Positions 49,355 to 61,931 of a stretch of 64,000 nucleotides of DNA are shown here, one piece after another. The notes beneath the pieces are model-generated. The model made no database searches and had not been told where the DNA came from. It worked only from the letters and a program-made list of their open reading frames with translations. Every line of letters begins with the position of its first letter. The stretch's first letter is position 1. The translations under genes and the position numbers were made by a program. Origin of the DNA: Gonapodya sp. JEL0774. Lineage: Eukaryota. The stretch is taken from positions 1-64,000 of the forward strand of contig JADIIX010000032.1 of assembly GCA_027604505.1 (NCBI GenBank), read 5' to 3'.

Positions 49355-50509
49355 AAAAGGACAGGACCACGAAACACCAGCCGTCCCACGACGTGTATAC
49401 CTTGTTGATCCTGGCTGATTGGAACGAAGGAGGACGAGGCAATCGTTTGACCGCACTTTCGAATGACATTTGATTTGATTTCGGGTTTCATTACTGTTAC
49501 CACTGTGATCGCACTGCCATACTGATAGGTCCTGAACTTACGCCATACCATGTAAATAGTCAGCAAATTCTCACGATACGACACTCCGTTCACTTATTGA
49601 TTACGAATCTTCTTAGCGTTAACAAGTTACAGTAATTCTTGCGGGTTCATACGCTGGACAGTGTTTCGTGGGGAAACATGTGCGGACACGAGCGACGAAG
49701 AGATTGACAGTCGACGTTGAATTACCTCATTGTATGTTACCCTGACGGAAAAAGTGTGCTCATAAGGCCACCTGGATATCACAAAAATGGATGGCGTGAA
49801 GCAGTGTATCGCAAGTCGGGCGAGCATGAGCAGTTGCTTTAACATCGCATATTAAGTTAGTTTTCATCGGCTGCGCTGACGTTGCTTCCTCACGCAGATG
49901 TGCTTTGTTTCCATTTGGAAAGGAAATGGCGGCGGTGCTCACACACTTGGGTCAGCACCCTTGAGAAAACCAGAACGTATTAAACGTATTTCAATTGAAT
50001 CCAAGAACCCTATCCACAACACTTATGTATCCATCGTACACTTAGAGACCACATAACTCCTTGGGTTACTTGGTGACCGCAATCTCGTGAGGAAGCGGCA
50101 GCGGACTTCAGCGACTCAGCGTCATGGTGACATTCTCGTGTCTCAGTCTAGATCCACAAACACAATGAAACCTCATCAAATAGCAATCATAAGCGAGTTT
50201 GGAATTGAGCGGAGCAACCCAGAGCGGTGTGGCATTTTCATTGTTCGGCCGTCTATCAACAGAGCACAAAATAATCTTGTAATAATATCTTTACAAATGA
50301 GTAAATATCTTGGACAGGTGAAACATGGACAAGTGGCGCCAAAGGCCAGAGGCCATGTTTTGCGTTGCGTGTCGGCGGTGTGGTGTGCCCTGATCCAAAA
50401 GAGGGTTTGCCGTCTGGCGTCTGGCGGCTTCAAACAAACTTACTTTTTAATATTCTCGTATTCCTGTTTCCGCGCCTGCAACTCCAGCAGCACCGGTAAT
50501 TTCTGAAAA

Positions 50510-52215
50510 ATGTTGTCACGTTCTCTACTTGCTGCTCTCTCGCTGGCGCTGGTTGCCGGCTCGTCCATGGCTCAAAGTGAGTTCATGCTACCGCTACCGC
50601 TTGTCCCGCTGGACCAGCGAAGAGTGGACCGAAATCACAGAAACGATGATGGATGATGTCTGAACTGTCTTTTCATTTATTACTTTTGTTTCTCCCTCAA
50701 ACGCCCTCATTTCCGTGATGAACGTTTGCTTGGTCTGCCGGACAGATTGCGGTTCCTGGACAGGCAAGTCCTGCGGGTCAGGACAGTGCTGCTCGCAATA
50801 CGGATGGTGTGGAACAGATGCCGCTTAGTACGTACTTGGTCGATTTCCTTGGGGTCTTGGGGCCATGACCGGACAATCGTCGTCGCGCCAACCACTAACA
50901 CCCTATCCAACCCCTTTCATCCCTCATAACATCCACAAAACTCCCGTTATCGTAATGCAGCTGTCAAACCGGTTGCCAGCAAGGTTTCGGAACGTGCTGG
51001 GGCGCACCTGCCCCCGCCCCGCAGGCGGCACCTCAGGCCGCTACTAATAAAGTGTTGTCGTGGAACGGACGATGCGGAACCCAGAACAGTGGTACAACTT
51101 GCCCAGGAAATGGCTGTTGTAGCCAATTTGGGTAAATACTCTGCTCTGTGAGATGTTGGAGAAGGTCCCAGCAACAAGTTGAAATTGCTTTTTCCGACCA
51201 CTCTTCCGAATCCAATCGCCCCCATTGCCAAATGCAATGCTGCATTCCCACCGTAAATGTAATAGCTGGTGTGGTACCTCTCCGGACCAGTAAGTTCACG
51301 TCACGCTTGAGACGCAAACATTCTGCGCTTGATAACCCAACTTTCTCCTCTTGCTCCAAGCTGCTCCACCGGCTGCCAATCTTCCTTCGGTACATGCAAC
51401 AACAACCAGCCTGCTGCAAGCGCTCCTGCACCTTCTTCTCCCGCGTCTGGAGGCGCCCTCGCCACCTCTGGTAACGGCATGTGCGGTCCCCAAAATGGCA
51501 ACAGCAAATGTCCGAGCGGTCAGTGCTGCTCACAATATGGATACTGTGGAAATGGCAGCCCCTAGTAAGTCTTCATTCTGTTTGCCACCTCTCCGTCTAC
51601 TGTGTTTCATTCATGCTCTTACCTTGTGCAGCTGTGGGACTGGATGCCGAACAGGCTTTGGAACCTGCGCTGGCGGTAGCACGGGAACGCCAGCAGCACA
51701 GGACGCCACAGTCCCGGTCACGTCGAGCGGTGGTGGAAACTTTGACTTCAGCGGACGTGCGACGTACTACAACACCCGGGTGAGTCCATGTGATTTCGGT
51801 TGTGTACTTATGCATACTAAAATCTTTCGATCGCACCAATTTAATTCGATAGGCATTCGGTGCTGGCGGTCAGACCACAACTGGTATCGGCGCTTGTGGT
51901 GGTCAACTTTGGGACTCTGACTACGCCGTCGCGCTCAACTCTCCGCAGTATTCTCAGGGAGGTTGGTGTGGACAGCAAATTTGCATTCAGGCTGATGGCG
52001 CTGCAGTTACCGCGACCGTATTGGATCTGTGAGTGTTCAACGGTTGATAGATTTTCCTGAAAGCGCGACGATGAGTCTGATCATGCCTCTGTTCCCACAG
52101 CTGCCCCGAGTGCCCGTGGGGTGCCCTCGATCTCACACCTGCAGCATACCAGGCCGTCAGCGGTGGGAGTCTTGGCATGATTCCCTCTGTCAGGTGGAGA
52201 CGCGGCGCCTGTTGA
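50510..52215 (+). CDS. Secreted protein: 3 hevein/CBM18 chitin-binding domains + C-terminal DPBB (RlpA/expansin-D1/loosenin-like) domain
   Basis: Signal peptide MLSRSLLAALSLALVAGSSMAQ. Three CG..C....CCSQ(Y/F)G(W/Y)CG....C..GC...FGTC units. Then FSGRATYY..GIGACG..VALNSPQY..WCGQQICI..VTATVLDLCPECPWGALDLTPAAY. Confidence 0.92.
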
Positions 52216-52525
52216 AAGGAACCCAACCAAGATATTTCTGACTTTGGGACTGCGCGTGGACCAAGACCACGTTCTTACACTTTGCGATTGGGAGAGAGAG
52301 GTAATGCAATTACAAATATTAATGTCTGGTTGTAAGGATGGCCACGTCCGGCGGGCTCCGGAGAAGGACACCTCGTGTCAACATCATTATTGCAGGAAAA
52401 GCGAATTAAGTTTTTTGTATAGTAAATTTGCTCCAATGGGAAAACACACATTATACTGCAATTATCGAAGCTAAGCAAACGGGAGTAGTAATCCATTGGG
52501 ATTCCGGTTTTACCGCAAGAACTGG

Positions 52526-54423
52526 TCAATCGAAACAATCCATCACATTCCTCCGTTGAATCTTCACCTCCCACCAACGTCTTCACCTCATTACGGCGGC
52601 ACCTGACGCAAAAGCAGTAGAGGACTCTTTTGTAAGGTTCGACATGATCCTGTCCAGGACTACTTGAGTATCAAATTGCGACTTTCCCGAGTGCCGTAGC
52701 GCAAGAGCAACCAAGAACCATATTTCGGCTTTGTGGAGTTGAACGTACGGCACTGCGTGTTGTGCAAGGGGCTTGTAAGATGACCTGCAAACTGCAATCA
52801 TCCTTTGTGGATTCTGACTCACATTCAATGCTCCACTCTTGATCGATATTTAACCCTCGAAAGATGTTCTTGAGCGCTTTCAACGAATTGAAGCCATTCG
52901 CAGCATCATTGGTGTTCCGGAATGTCTCAGGAAAGCGAAACTCATTGTACACCGTCGCGGCACCAATGCGAAATAGATCAAGGCTCAAGAACTTTTCAAG
53001 CAAAGTTTGGGCAAAGATCACATGATTGGCTTTATCGAGGAGACTCAGAAGTCCACCGGCAACTCTTCCAGCCCACTCAGACTTCATTACAAAATTGGTT
53101 CGCGAAAGCGACCAAACCCAGCGCCGACATCTTCCTGTCGATTAGACCCACAGTCGTCCATTCATTGAGCACTTTCACGTCGAACTCTACAACCCTGCTA
53201 CACCAGATGCTGTATGTGGGATCCGCGAACATCAGATTTGCTTGGTAGAGTCGGTTGGTAGAATCAACGTAGGTTGCCGTGATGAGTGTATTCACGGCAC
53301 TTTCGGAAGAGGATTTGAAATCCAAAGGAGACCCCAAAGTCACAGCCAACTGGCTCAGAAGTACTACTACTGTTCGGGTAGAGACTTGGTGGTTTTACCC
53401 GTGATCGCAGCTCGCTTTTATCACTGGATCGCCTAGATCTTCGGCAGCTTTTCGGGCTGCATCCACACCTTGCTCAACAAATGGTGAATAACGGCGTATG
53501 TATTACCATCGATGTGACCTATGATGCACTTGAGAAGCGAGATCTTGTCTGCGTGAGTGAAATTACCTCGATCGAGGATGTGCCAAGCCTGAGAAGGACG
53601 GACGACTGCGATGAGACGTCCGTAATTTTGCAGAGTCAGTTCATCCTTCAATTGCAGCAAAAAAGTTGCCATTGTCGGTTCTTAAATGCCAAGAAACGGA
53701 TTGAGCCACTCGTGCTCTTGCAAATACCCCGATTGCCGCAACGAGTTTGTCGACGTGTAAGGTTTTGGCCGCATATCTGACCAGATCGACGATTGGCCAC
53801 TCCTCTAGCAGTGCTAAATCCGCCATACCTTCAAATCTTTGTCGCAGAGTGGATTTTGTACCGTTATGTCTGTCGAAGAAGCGGGCCTCGCAAGGGAGCG
53901 AATGACTTTTCTGCTGGTCTCTTGAGGTAGATTCTGACAACGTCGCAGAACACGACCAATACAGAGCCTTGCGTCGAGTCTGCGAAAATTGTGCAGATGG
54001 TGTCACGATGCGACTGGAGTCCCTCCTCTTGACAAGTAATTCCCCACTTAACGAAAAAAAAACTTTATCTTCAGGTGTCGGATGAGTGTACTTGTGATTT
54101 CTTTGGGTGTCGTTCTCGAACTTCCACCGGAGCGTTCCAATATCTGCGGTATCGCTGTGCAGTAGTTTGACCATCCGAGTTAGGCGACCACCCACACCGC
54201 TCCATCCTCCGTTAATGAAGGGTTTTGAGTTTAGCTCATATGCAATCTCTCCCACTCGTACAGCAAGCCCATCCGCGAGGAGATCACCGACCATCTGTTT
54301 CAAAGCTGCAAGTGCCGCTCGACGGATCAATTTATTGACCAGCCGGAGAGTAGAGTAGAGAAACAACGCCTCGAAACGATGACACAGTTGAAGGCAAAGC
54401 TCGTATGGAAGTTGGTTTGGCAT
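52526..54423 (-). pseudogene. F-box-like family pseudogene, copy 1 (full length, frameshifts and stops)
   Basis: N-terminal MPNQLPYELCLQL..LRLVNK. Relative to copy 2: +1 frameshift near 53725, in-frame TAA near 53683, -1 frameshift near 53485, further shifts near 53090, and TGA for GGA at 52583. Confidence 0.8.
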
Positions 54424-54704
54424 TGACTAAAGGTGATTGCTAAAGGTCATTGCAATCTATAGATAAACTATGTACAACTGAAAAAAAAAGCGCATGTTTT
54501 CTCACATTCAGAATCTGTCAGATACGAGCTTCGGAGTGCACTTTTAGGTCAGGAATCAATGAGATGCAATACAATTCGTCAGAGCACACTAAACGATGGT
54601 GTTTGTGTTTTATTTGTATCCGAATGGTTTCTGTAAGTCAAACAATGAATCTGCTATTCAGAAACCAACCCACAAGTCCTTGCTACAGCAAATGTACGAG
54701 GGCA

Positions 54705-56350
54705 TCACGCATGACACCCGACTCCCCTTCTCCCTTGACCTTTCACCTCCCACCAACGTCTTCCCCGCATAACAGATGCACCTGATTCAAAAGCAGTCAC
54801 GGAGTCATCTGTAAGGCGTAACCTGACAACTGCCAGTACTGCTCGAGTATCAGAAGGGGATTTCCCTGAGTGTCGTAACGCAAGACCGATTAGGAACCAT
54901 CTTGCGGCTTCGGGGAGCTGAACGTGTGTCACTGCTTGTGGAACGGAGGTTTCTTAGTCGTAGCAACGAACCATTAATCATCCATAGATCTGTACCACTT
55001 ACGGTCAATGCTCCACTCTTTGCCATGATTCAGTCCCGGAAAATGTTCTTGAGTGCTTTCAAGGACTCAAAGCTATTCGCAATATCCACTTGGTACCCCG
55101 AAGTCCCACGAAACTGATTGTACAGGATCTCAGCACCATCACGAACAAGATCAACGTTTAAAACTTTGTCAAGCAGCGTTTGGGCAAATGTCTGACGATT
55201 CTCATGATCGAGCCGTTCCAGAAGTCCGCCAGCTATTGCACCAACCCACTCAGATCTCGCAACGAAGTTCTCGCTCGCAAAAATGAAGACTCCTAGTGCA
55301 GTGGACTTTCCATCGACCAGACCCGAGGATATCCATTCTTTAAGCACCCTTGCGGCGAAAACGACATGACTATCGACCCATAGAGGGTAACGAATGTAAT
55401 CCCAATAGCTCTGGGTTGCGCGGTACACCGGGTCCGAGACACTGATGTATGTTGCCGCAATGAAGGTACGTAAGGACCCTTGCACCGCGCAAGACTGGAA
55501 ATCCAACAGCGATCCCAGTGTCACCGCCAGTTGATTCAGAAGCAGTGCTTCCGCTGGGGTATAGTACCGATTATGTTCCCAGTGATTGTAGACAGATTTT
55601 ATCACTGGTTCTAGTTCGCCCACAGCTTCAGTAGCCAATTGCACTGCATCCGCACCTTGCTCAACAAATGGGCGAATCACGGTGTATGTGTTACCATTGA
55701 TGTGATCAAATACGTGCTTGAGAAGAGAGATCTTGTCGGCGTGAGTGAAACTACCACGCTCGATGACGAGCCAAGCCTGAGACGGATCCCGCATTGCGAT
55801 GAGATGCCCGTACTGTTCCAAAGTTAGCTCATCCTTCAATTGCAGCAAGATAGATGCCATAGACGGTTCTGTAACGCCAGGATATGGGTGAAACGCTTCG
55901 TGCTCTTGCAAAACTCCCATTGCTACAACAAGTTTGTTTACTTGGAGAGTCCTAGCCGCGTATCTCACCAGATCGACCATTGACCACTCCTCTAGCAGTG
56001 CTAAATCCGCCATGCCTTCGAAACGTTGTTGGAGGGGACAATTCCGACTGTGTGTTCCTTCCAAGAAGCTGGAGCGAGCAAGCGAGAGAATGACTTTTCT
56101 GCAGGTTTCTCGCGGAAGATTCTGGCACCGTCGCAGAAAACGACCAATACGGAGTCTTGGGTTGAAATAGCGAAAGATACGGAGAGTGCGGACTAGTTTC
56201 GCGATGCGGCTGGAGTCAGTTCCAAATAGAGGCCCCAATATACTGCCCCATTCCGTGTAACTCCCCGATTCATGTAAAACGCTTCATCCTCGGGTGTCGG
56301 ATCAAGAGAGTTCGAACTTGCAAGCGTGTCTTGTTCAAACAACATCATCT
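54705..56350 (-). pseudogene. F-box-like family pseudogene, copy 2 (5'-truncated, frameshifted)
   Basis: Shares QRFEGMADLALLEEW, LLQLKDELTL, FTHADKISLLK, SLKALKNIFR, LALRHSGKS with copy 1. A -1 frameshift at about 55035 gives RD* where copy 1 reads RGLN. Homology (PTPEDEAF) ends at about 56350 with no F-box N-terminus. Confidence 0.75.
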
Positions 56351-57121
56351 TGACCCGGCAGACCGAAAATGACCCCAATTATTTTGTACAACCCTAGTCA
56401 AACCGAGAAACCTGGACCCGCGAATAGCATGATATTATAGAATTAAGTGGTTCAATTGCAGAATAGTTGAACCCAACCGCTCGTCGCCCAGTCAACGTCT
56501 CTTTGTGAAATGAGGTGTTGCAGCTTTTGAAACCCATTTTTTGATTTTCGAACTAGATCCCGCAATTCTCTCCTAACTTAACGATTCCATTGAAATCAAT
56601 GCGCGGCGCTCGAGTATATCGTATTACACACTTCCAACAGCCCACAGCACATCAAAAAACACGACCAAGACACTACCTCTACACATGCTCGAGCGACGGG
56701 AAAGAAAGGTAAAAAAGGAAAGTGAAGGCGAAAGAAAAGGTAGGGGGGAAAGTAGGGTTTTACAACATAATACGCGGCTCTCAACCCGACCCGGATCTCC
56801 AAGTCATGGAAAGTCTGTCCGTCGCCGCCCATCACACTCTGCAGAGATCCAAGTCGTGCTTACACAAGACCGCCAGGCAAGTCCGTCGTCTACACAGGTT
56901 CAAAATCGGCGGTTATTCCGTCCCAGTCAATCGTTTCTTGCTTGCTTCCAACTCATTCTCCGCCATCTTCGAGATTGGTCACGATCTACAGTTCCATATG
57001 TACTCCTCTGTATGTTAAAAGGCTTTCTCAACTGTGTGTCATCCGCCCGTCCACATCACTACTGCACGCAGCTGGTTGCCAACTGGTCCACTCTCACCGT
57101 ATTACCTCTGATCTTCCTCCA

Positions 57122-60100
57122 TTACAAAACCGATCTCGCCTCCGTTGTACTAACTTCATCTCTTCCATCACTGTTTCCCGGCGTCCTGTATACGTATGCA
57201 ATTAGCAAGGTTACATCGTCCAGTTTGCCGCCAAAATGCAAATGGCCGGCCCTCCTTGCGTTCCTCGCAAACGGACTCGGCTTCCTTGCATTGCGGGCCG
57301 CGTCCCGCGCGTCCTCGCAAAGCTGACGAGCGGCCCTTAAGAGGCGCGAGTCTAAATCTCGGGCTCGAGTGTGTATGGGAGTGGTAAGGAGAGGACCCGC
57401 AGCAGGAGCAACCTGGGGCTGTTGAAGTGCGGGGTCGCCGAGATCTTTTGCGTCGAACTCAAACGGGAGAGATGAAGAGGAGGTGGATGAGGTGGAGGAG
57501 ACGGAAGAACTGCTGGGAGAGCCGGGGGGGGAAAGAGTTGGGGGCTGACTCGCATTTGGAGATGCACCCCAGCCAGGTCCAAAGCCATCCAAAGACTGCC
57601 GCAGACGATCTATGATCTACCGGATGGGAGCTCAAGGCGTAAGTTAATTTGAGAAGGCAGCACTACTTTTGGAGACTCACCTCCTCCTCCCACAAATTAT
57701 CCCACACCCCATCCGTTCCCACCACAATCACATCACCCTCCCTCAAGCCTCCCTCAAATTCCTCTGTAATCGCATCTGCCGGAGAGTCCACAATATTCGT
57801 CGGGTCATTCCTCATAGCAGGAGGGAGGACAGACAACTGATATGGTGCGTTAAAGTAGTGCTGCAGATCGGTGGTACGGAAAGGGATATGGAATGGGAGA
57901 ATGGGGGGCACAACTTGCGGCTCTCCAGGAGAAGTAGAGAGTGGTGTCGGTGGGTACGTTACATCAATAGGGGGTGGGCTTGGCCTGATCACAATGGCCC
58001 CACTGTCACCTAAATTTGTCGTCCTCATGATGCCTTGCACCTTGTCCACCGCAACAATGCATGCCGTCGAGGAGCCTGCCTCGACGCGTCCTTCCTCAAC
58101 CACACGGCGGTACCCCTCGGCCAACACCCTCTCAGGGTCAATCGAAGACGTAACGTCATCCATGGTTTTGGACACCTCCTGACAGCAGTTCATAAGGTCC
58201 CACGCGAACAACGAGGGATCAACGCCAAGAGACGTCCAACCACCGACACCATCAGCTGGAATGGTTATGAAGTGGTAAGGAAGTGGTTCACCATCGAAAA
58301 CAGTTGCATTAATTGCACCCGCACAACACCCACCAACACCCAACGCCCAGCATCCCTTCCCCTCGTACGCATAGTATGCGTCTTCGCCACAGTCCTCTCT
58401 ACAAATGGCAGGAAGGCGGTCTGCAGCACGGGGATTTTTCGGTTTGCAAGCTGCAGCAACCCTGTAGCACGGGCGTGTGTCACGAGATAATTTCAAGGGT
58501 GGACAGCATTGGTGAACCAAGAGCACACCACTGAATCATCTAGGAAACGTCAACACACCTCAAATCCCAATAATACCCCTCTCCTGCCCCATCCACTTCA
58601 TCCACCGCACTAATCAAGCTCCCCATAGCCAATCCCCCACCCGAGACTCCCACTGATGCTGACAACGGCAAATCCTCGTCACCGAAATCCTCGCCTTCCA
58701 CCACGGCGGACATGGGCTCTGCAATCTTGACGTCCAAAACTGCCGGAGCTTCCACGGCAAACGGCACCGGTGGGGGAACATGCAGTTGAATCTGCCCATG
58801 CACCGCAAGTGCCGGAACTGGCGATTCAAATTCAATCGGCTGGTGATCACCAATGACTCCTTGCCCGGAAGTGCCGGGTTCGTCAAGATTCACATCCTCA
58901 AACAGCGCTTTTGCTTCTTCCGGGCCGGACGCTGCCACCGCTGCTTCCACCGACAAAAGCTCTTCTTCTTCCATGCTAAGACCTGTGTGGCCTCGGACAC
59001 CCTCAAAAGCTCTGAGAGGACTCTCCCCTCTAATCGGGGTTGGTGGTACGTCATCCGGATGTGTCACCTCGGGGTAATTTGGCGGGATCGGAATGTGGGT
59101 TGGGGGTGTGTGGGGAGGAACATGAAGATGGGACACAGGATGAGGAGGGAAGTGCTGGTCAAGGTCCATAGCGTCAGCAGCAGGGGCGGCGACTGCATGA
59201 GAGGTGGTGGCATGAGGCGGGGTATTCTCCACGCCTTCCATTGGGCTTGCACCAGAGTCATCATCAAAAGAGGGCTGCGCCGGCCCTGCCAATGTCTCAG
59301 AGACTGCACCGGAGACCTTTGATGGCTCCAACTCTGCCGATGATTCAGCAGCGGCGACGGGCTCAGCATGCTCAACCTCCGCTTCCGTCTCCACCTCCAG
59401 CTCGGCTTCCGCTTCGCTCTCGTGTCCACCATCAAAAACTGTGCTCTCTGACGTTTCTGTTCCATCGCTACTGCTACCGGTGGAGCCAGAATCATGGGCC
59501 GTGGCAGTTAAATCTTCTACTTGAGTAGTTGTGGAGAGCGTAGATTTACCAGGCGATCCTTTCGCAGCTGAAGGAGACGGAGGTCGGGGAGTGGAAGGTG
59601 TGCTAGGTGTTGAAGGGCTTGGGGGCGTAGGAGAGCTCGTGGCCGGCCGGGAGATCGGTCGAGTTGAGGGAGAAGCGTGGAGTTGCGAGAGTGCGGAAGT
59701 GAGAGAGGAAACGGGTCGTGCTGGTGGGCTGTGGGGCAGGGGCGGACGACAGATGCAAGTTGAGAGTCAGGATTGGGTTAACGAGAGTCCACAGATGGCT
59801 CCCCGCATGTAAGACTCAAATCAGACCCATTCAAGCCACCATCACACCAATCATCAAGGGCATCACATCGAGGACCATTCAAAGGGCATGCCCGCACTTT
59901 CCCATGCATGCCAGGTGCACATCTACCACGATAGTCTCGGAGTGCTTCCATATGTTACAGCCAACAATCCTCAAATCGTGTTGATTGAACTGCAACTCAG
60001 TCAGTGCGCTATGAGAACCAAACGACCGAGGGCCGAGGACTATTGCAGATGCAACTGTGTCTCGACCAGACCCAACGAGATGAATCGATTGCGTTTCCAA

Positions 60101-60562
60101 GCCCGTCAAAACACGTCTAGCCAATACAACCAACGCGTGTCTCGGGTTCGCTAGAGGTTGGTGGCGGCACCTTGTCCAGCATTCCGAATCAACCCACCTC
60201 GTGTCTGCCATCTGTCTAGCGAGTGCTGATACGCCTACCACTGCTGTAGCAAGGGCCTGGGTGAACGCGACCGTCGGTTGCGCTCGTGCCGAGGCTGGTG
60301 CAGAGGCGGACGATGTGGAAGAGGGGGGTGATGAAGAAGCGAGGGCCGAAGTAAGAGGTAAAGACGTGTTGGATCCTGCGACGGTGACTGTATGAGAGGC
60401 AGGTGACAGCGGGTGAGGTTCCCAAATGTGCATATCCACGGGTGAAGGAGAATTGAAGGCTGAGAGGTGACTTTGAGATCGTACAACAGGAAATGGGGCG
60501 AGACGATAGCGTGCGATGCAAGTCGAGCGTGCAGCGAGCAAAGATATTCGAATCAGACGCAT
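57122..60562 (-). CDS. PTC7: PTC7-type PP2C protein phosphatase with long low-complexity N-terminal extension
   Basis: GEDAY, V-ADGVGGW, GSSTACIV, NLGDSG, QHYFNAPYQL, VGTDGVWDNL, SPFA, GGKLDDVT. Arg-rich, acid-free presequence-like start MRLIRISLLAARSTCIARYRL; exact start inferred. Confidence 0.88.
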
Positions 60563-61931
60563 GGGATTACAGAGAACGCCATTGGTGGGAAGTGAGGAAA
60601 GGTGAGGGATGTGCGAGAAGGAGAGCGATGTGGGGTTAAGGAAGGTGGGACAACAACGTTAGCCGAATCTGTGATAAATTGAAGATCCATATCGTCGTCA
60701 GAGTTGCTTGGAAAGTTTGCCCTGATGCTGGAGATGTGCCTCCACAATCCACTGCTAAGTATACGAAACCACCGCGCTCTGCAAGAAACCTCCCTCCTCT
60801 AACCTCGAAATCAAGTCCCGATTGCAAATTCAAGCATTATTTGATTTACCAAGACCGGCGATTTCCCGTAAATCTGGGCGTCCTGAAATTCCGGTGTTTC
60901 CGCTCGTCCCTTTAAACTCCCCGCCCGCTCGCATCTGTTTCACAGCACTCCACGGGGTCTGCGCACCTGCACACCTCGAATCGCTCTCCGTTTTAGAAGT
61001 CCGACCAGATGCTACTTTTCCCCGCCGTGTTCCGACTTTTGAGAGCACCCACCCTCACGCCTCGCTGAAAAAAGTGACAAAACGAGGCACCGCCTTGTTC
61101 TTGTCAGCACAAGTGAATCGTCTTCCATACCGCCATCGCAGTTTTCCTCCACTGTTTTTCGCGTCCCTTAGACACTTACCCGTGCTGCCAGTCCTCGTCA
61201 AACCGTGGATTTGGACAAGAGGCACTCGGAGGACTTGTTGAGGGCTGGACGACCCGTGCACAGAGAGCGCTGCTGGATGAACAACACCGTTGATTTCTCT
61301 CCAATTTACGGTCTGACTATTATGGAAATTGCAGGAAATGATCAGCCTCCGTTATTTGAAATTCGAATACTGCGCGCAAGGCAACGGGAGACGATTGTTT
61401 GGATCAGCGTTCCCAGCATATGTAGCGTGAAGCCTGAACATACTTCTCATGAGCTTCAACGCTATTAAATATCTGGGAAATTGGTCCAACTCTCATAGTT
61501 TTTGTTAACTGCATTTGTTCGCTCGGTCTTGTCCAAGCCGTCCCGTCCCAGCCACAAGAAGAATAAGGCCGGACCCCACCACAGATGATCGAAAGGATCC
61601 CTGGAGAGAACCATTTGTGTTAAAAACCACTTGAGTGGGGGGTGCACAAACCCTTTTGGAAGAACACACTGAAATCAGTAGAATGTGGTTGTTCTTATTC
61701 GCTACTCGAAGCCGGGACGTGTCTCAGGTCGTGAGTTATTATAAACGTGGGGTATGCAATAGTATCGATGGATCAATTTGGATCAATTATATGAAATTTC
61801 TACCTCTCCCGAAGTACAAAAAAAATTATGGTCCCAGTATTACCCCATAACGAGTACAAAAGTCAGTTGCAAGATCCGGAGGCCAGTCGGCGAAACATCT
61901 TGCTGGACCGCCCCGCACGGATCATGCCCGT

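Noticed and set aside
60600..61900. Possible small gene or ncRNA between PTC7 and the permease
   Set aside because: No recognisable protein motif, tRNA cloverleaf or snRNA/riboswitch signature by eye.
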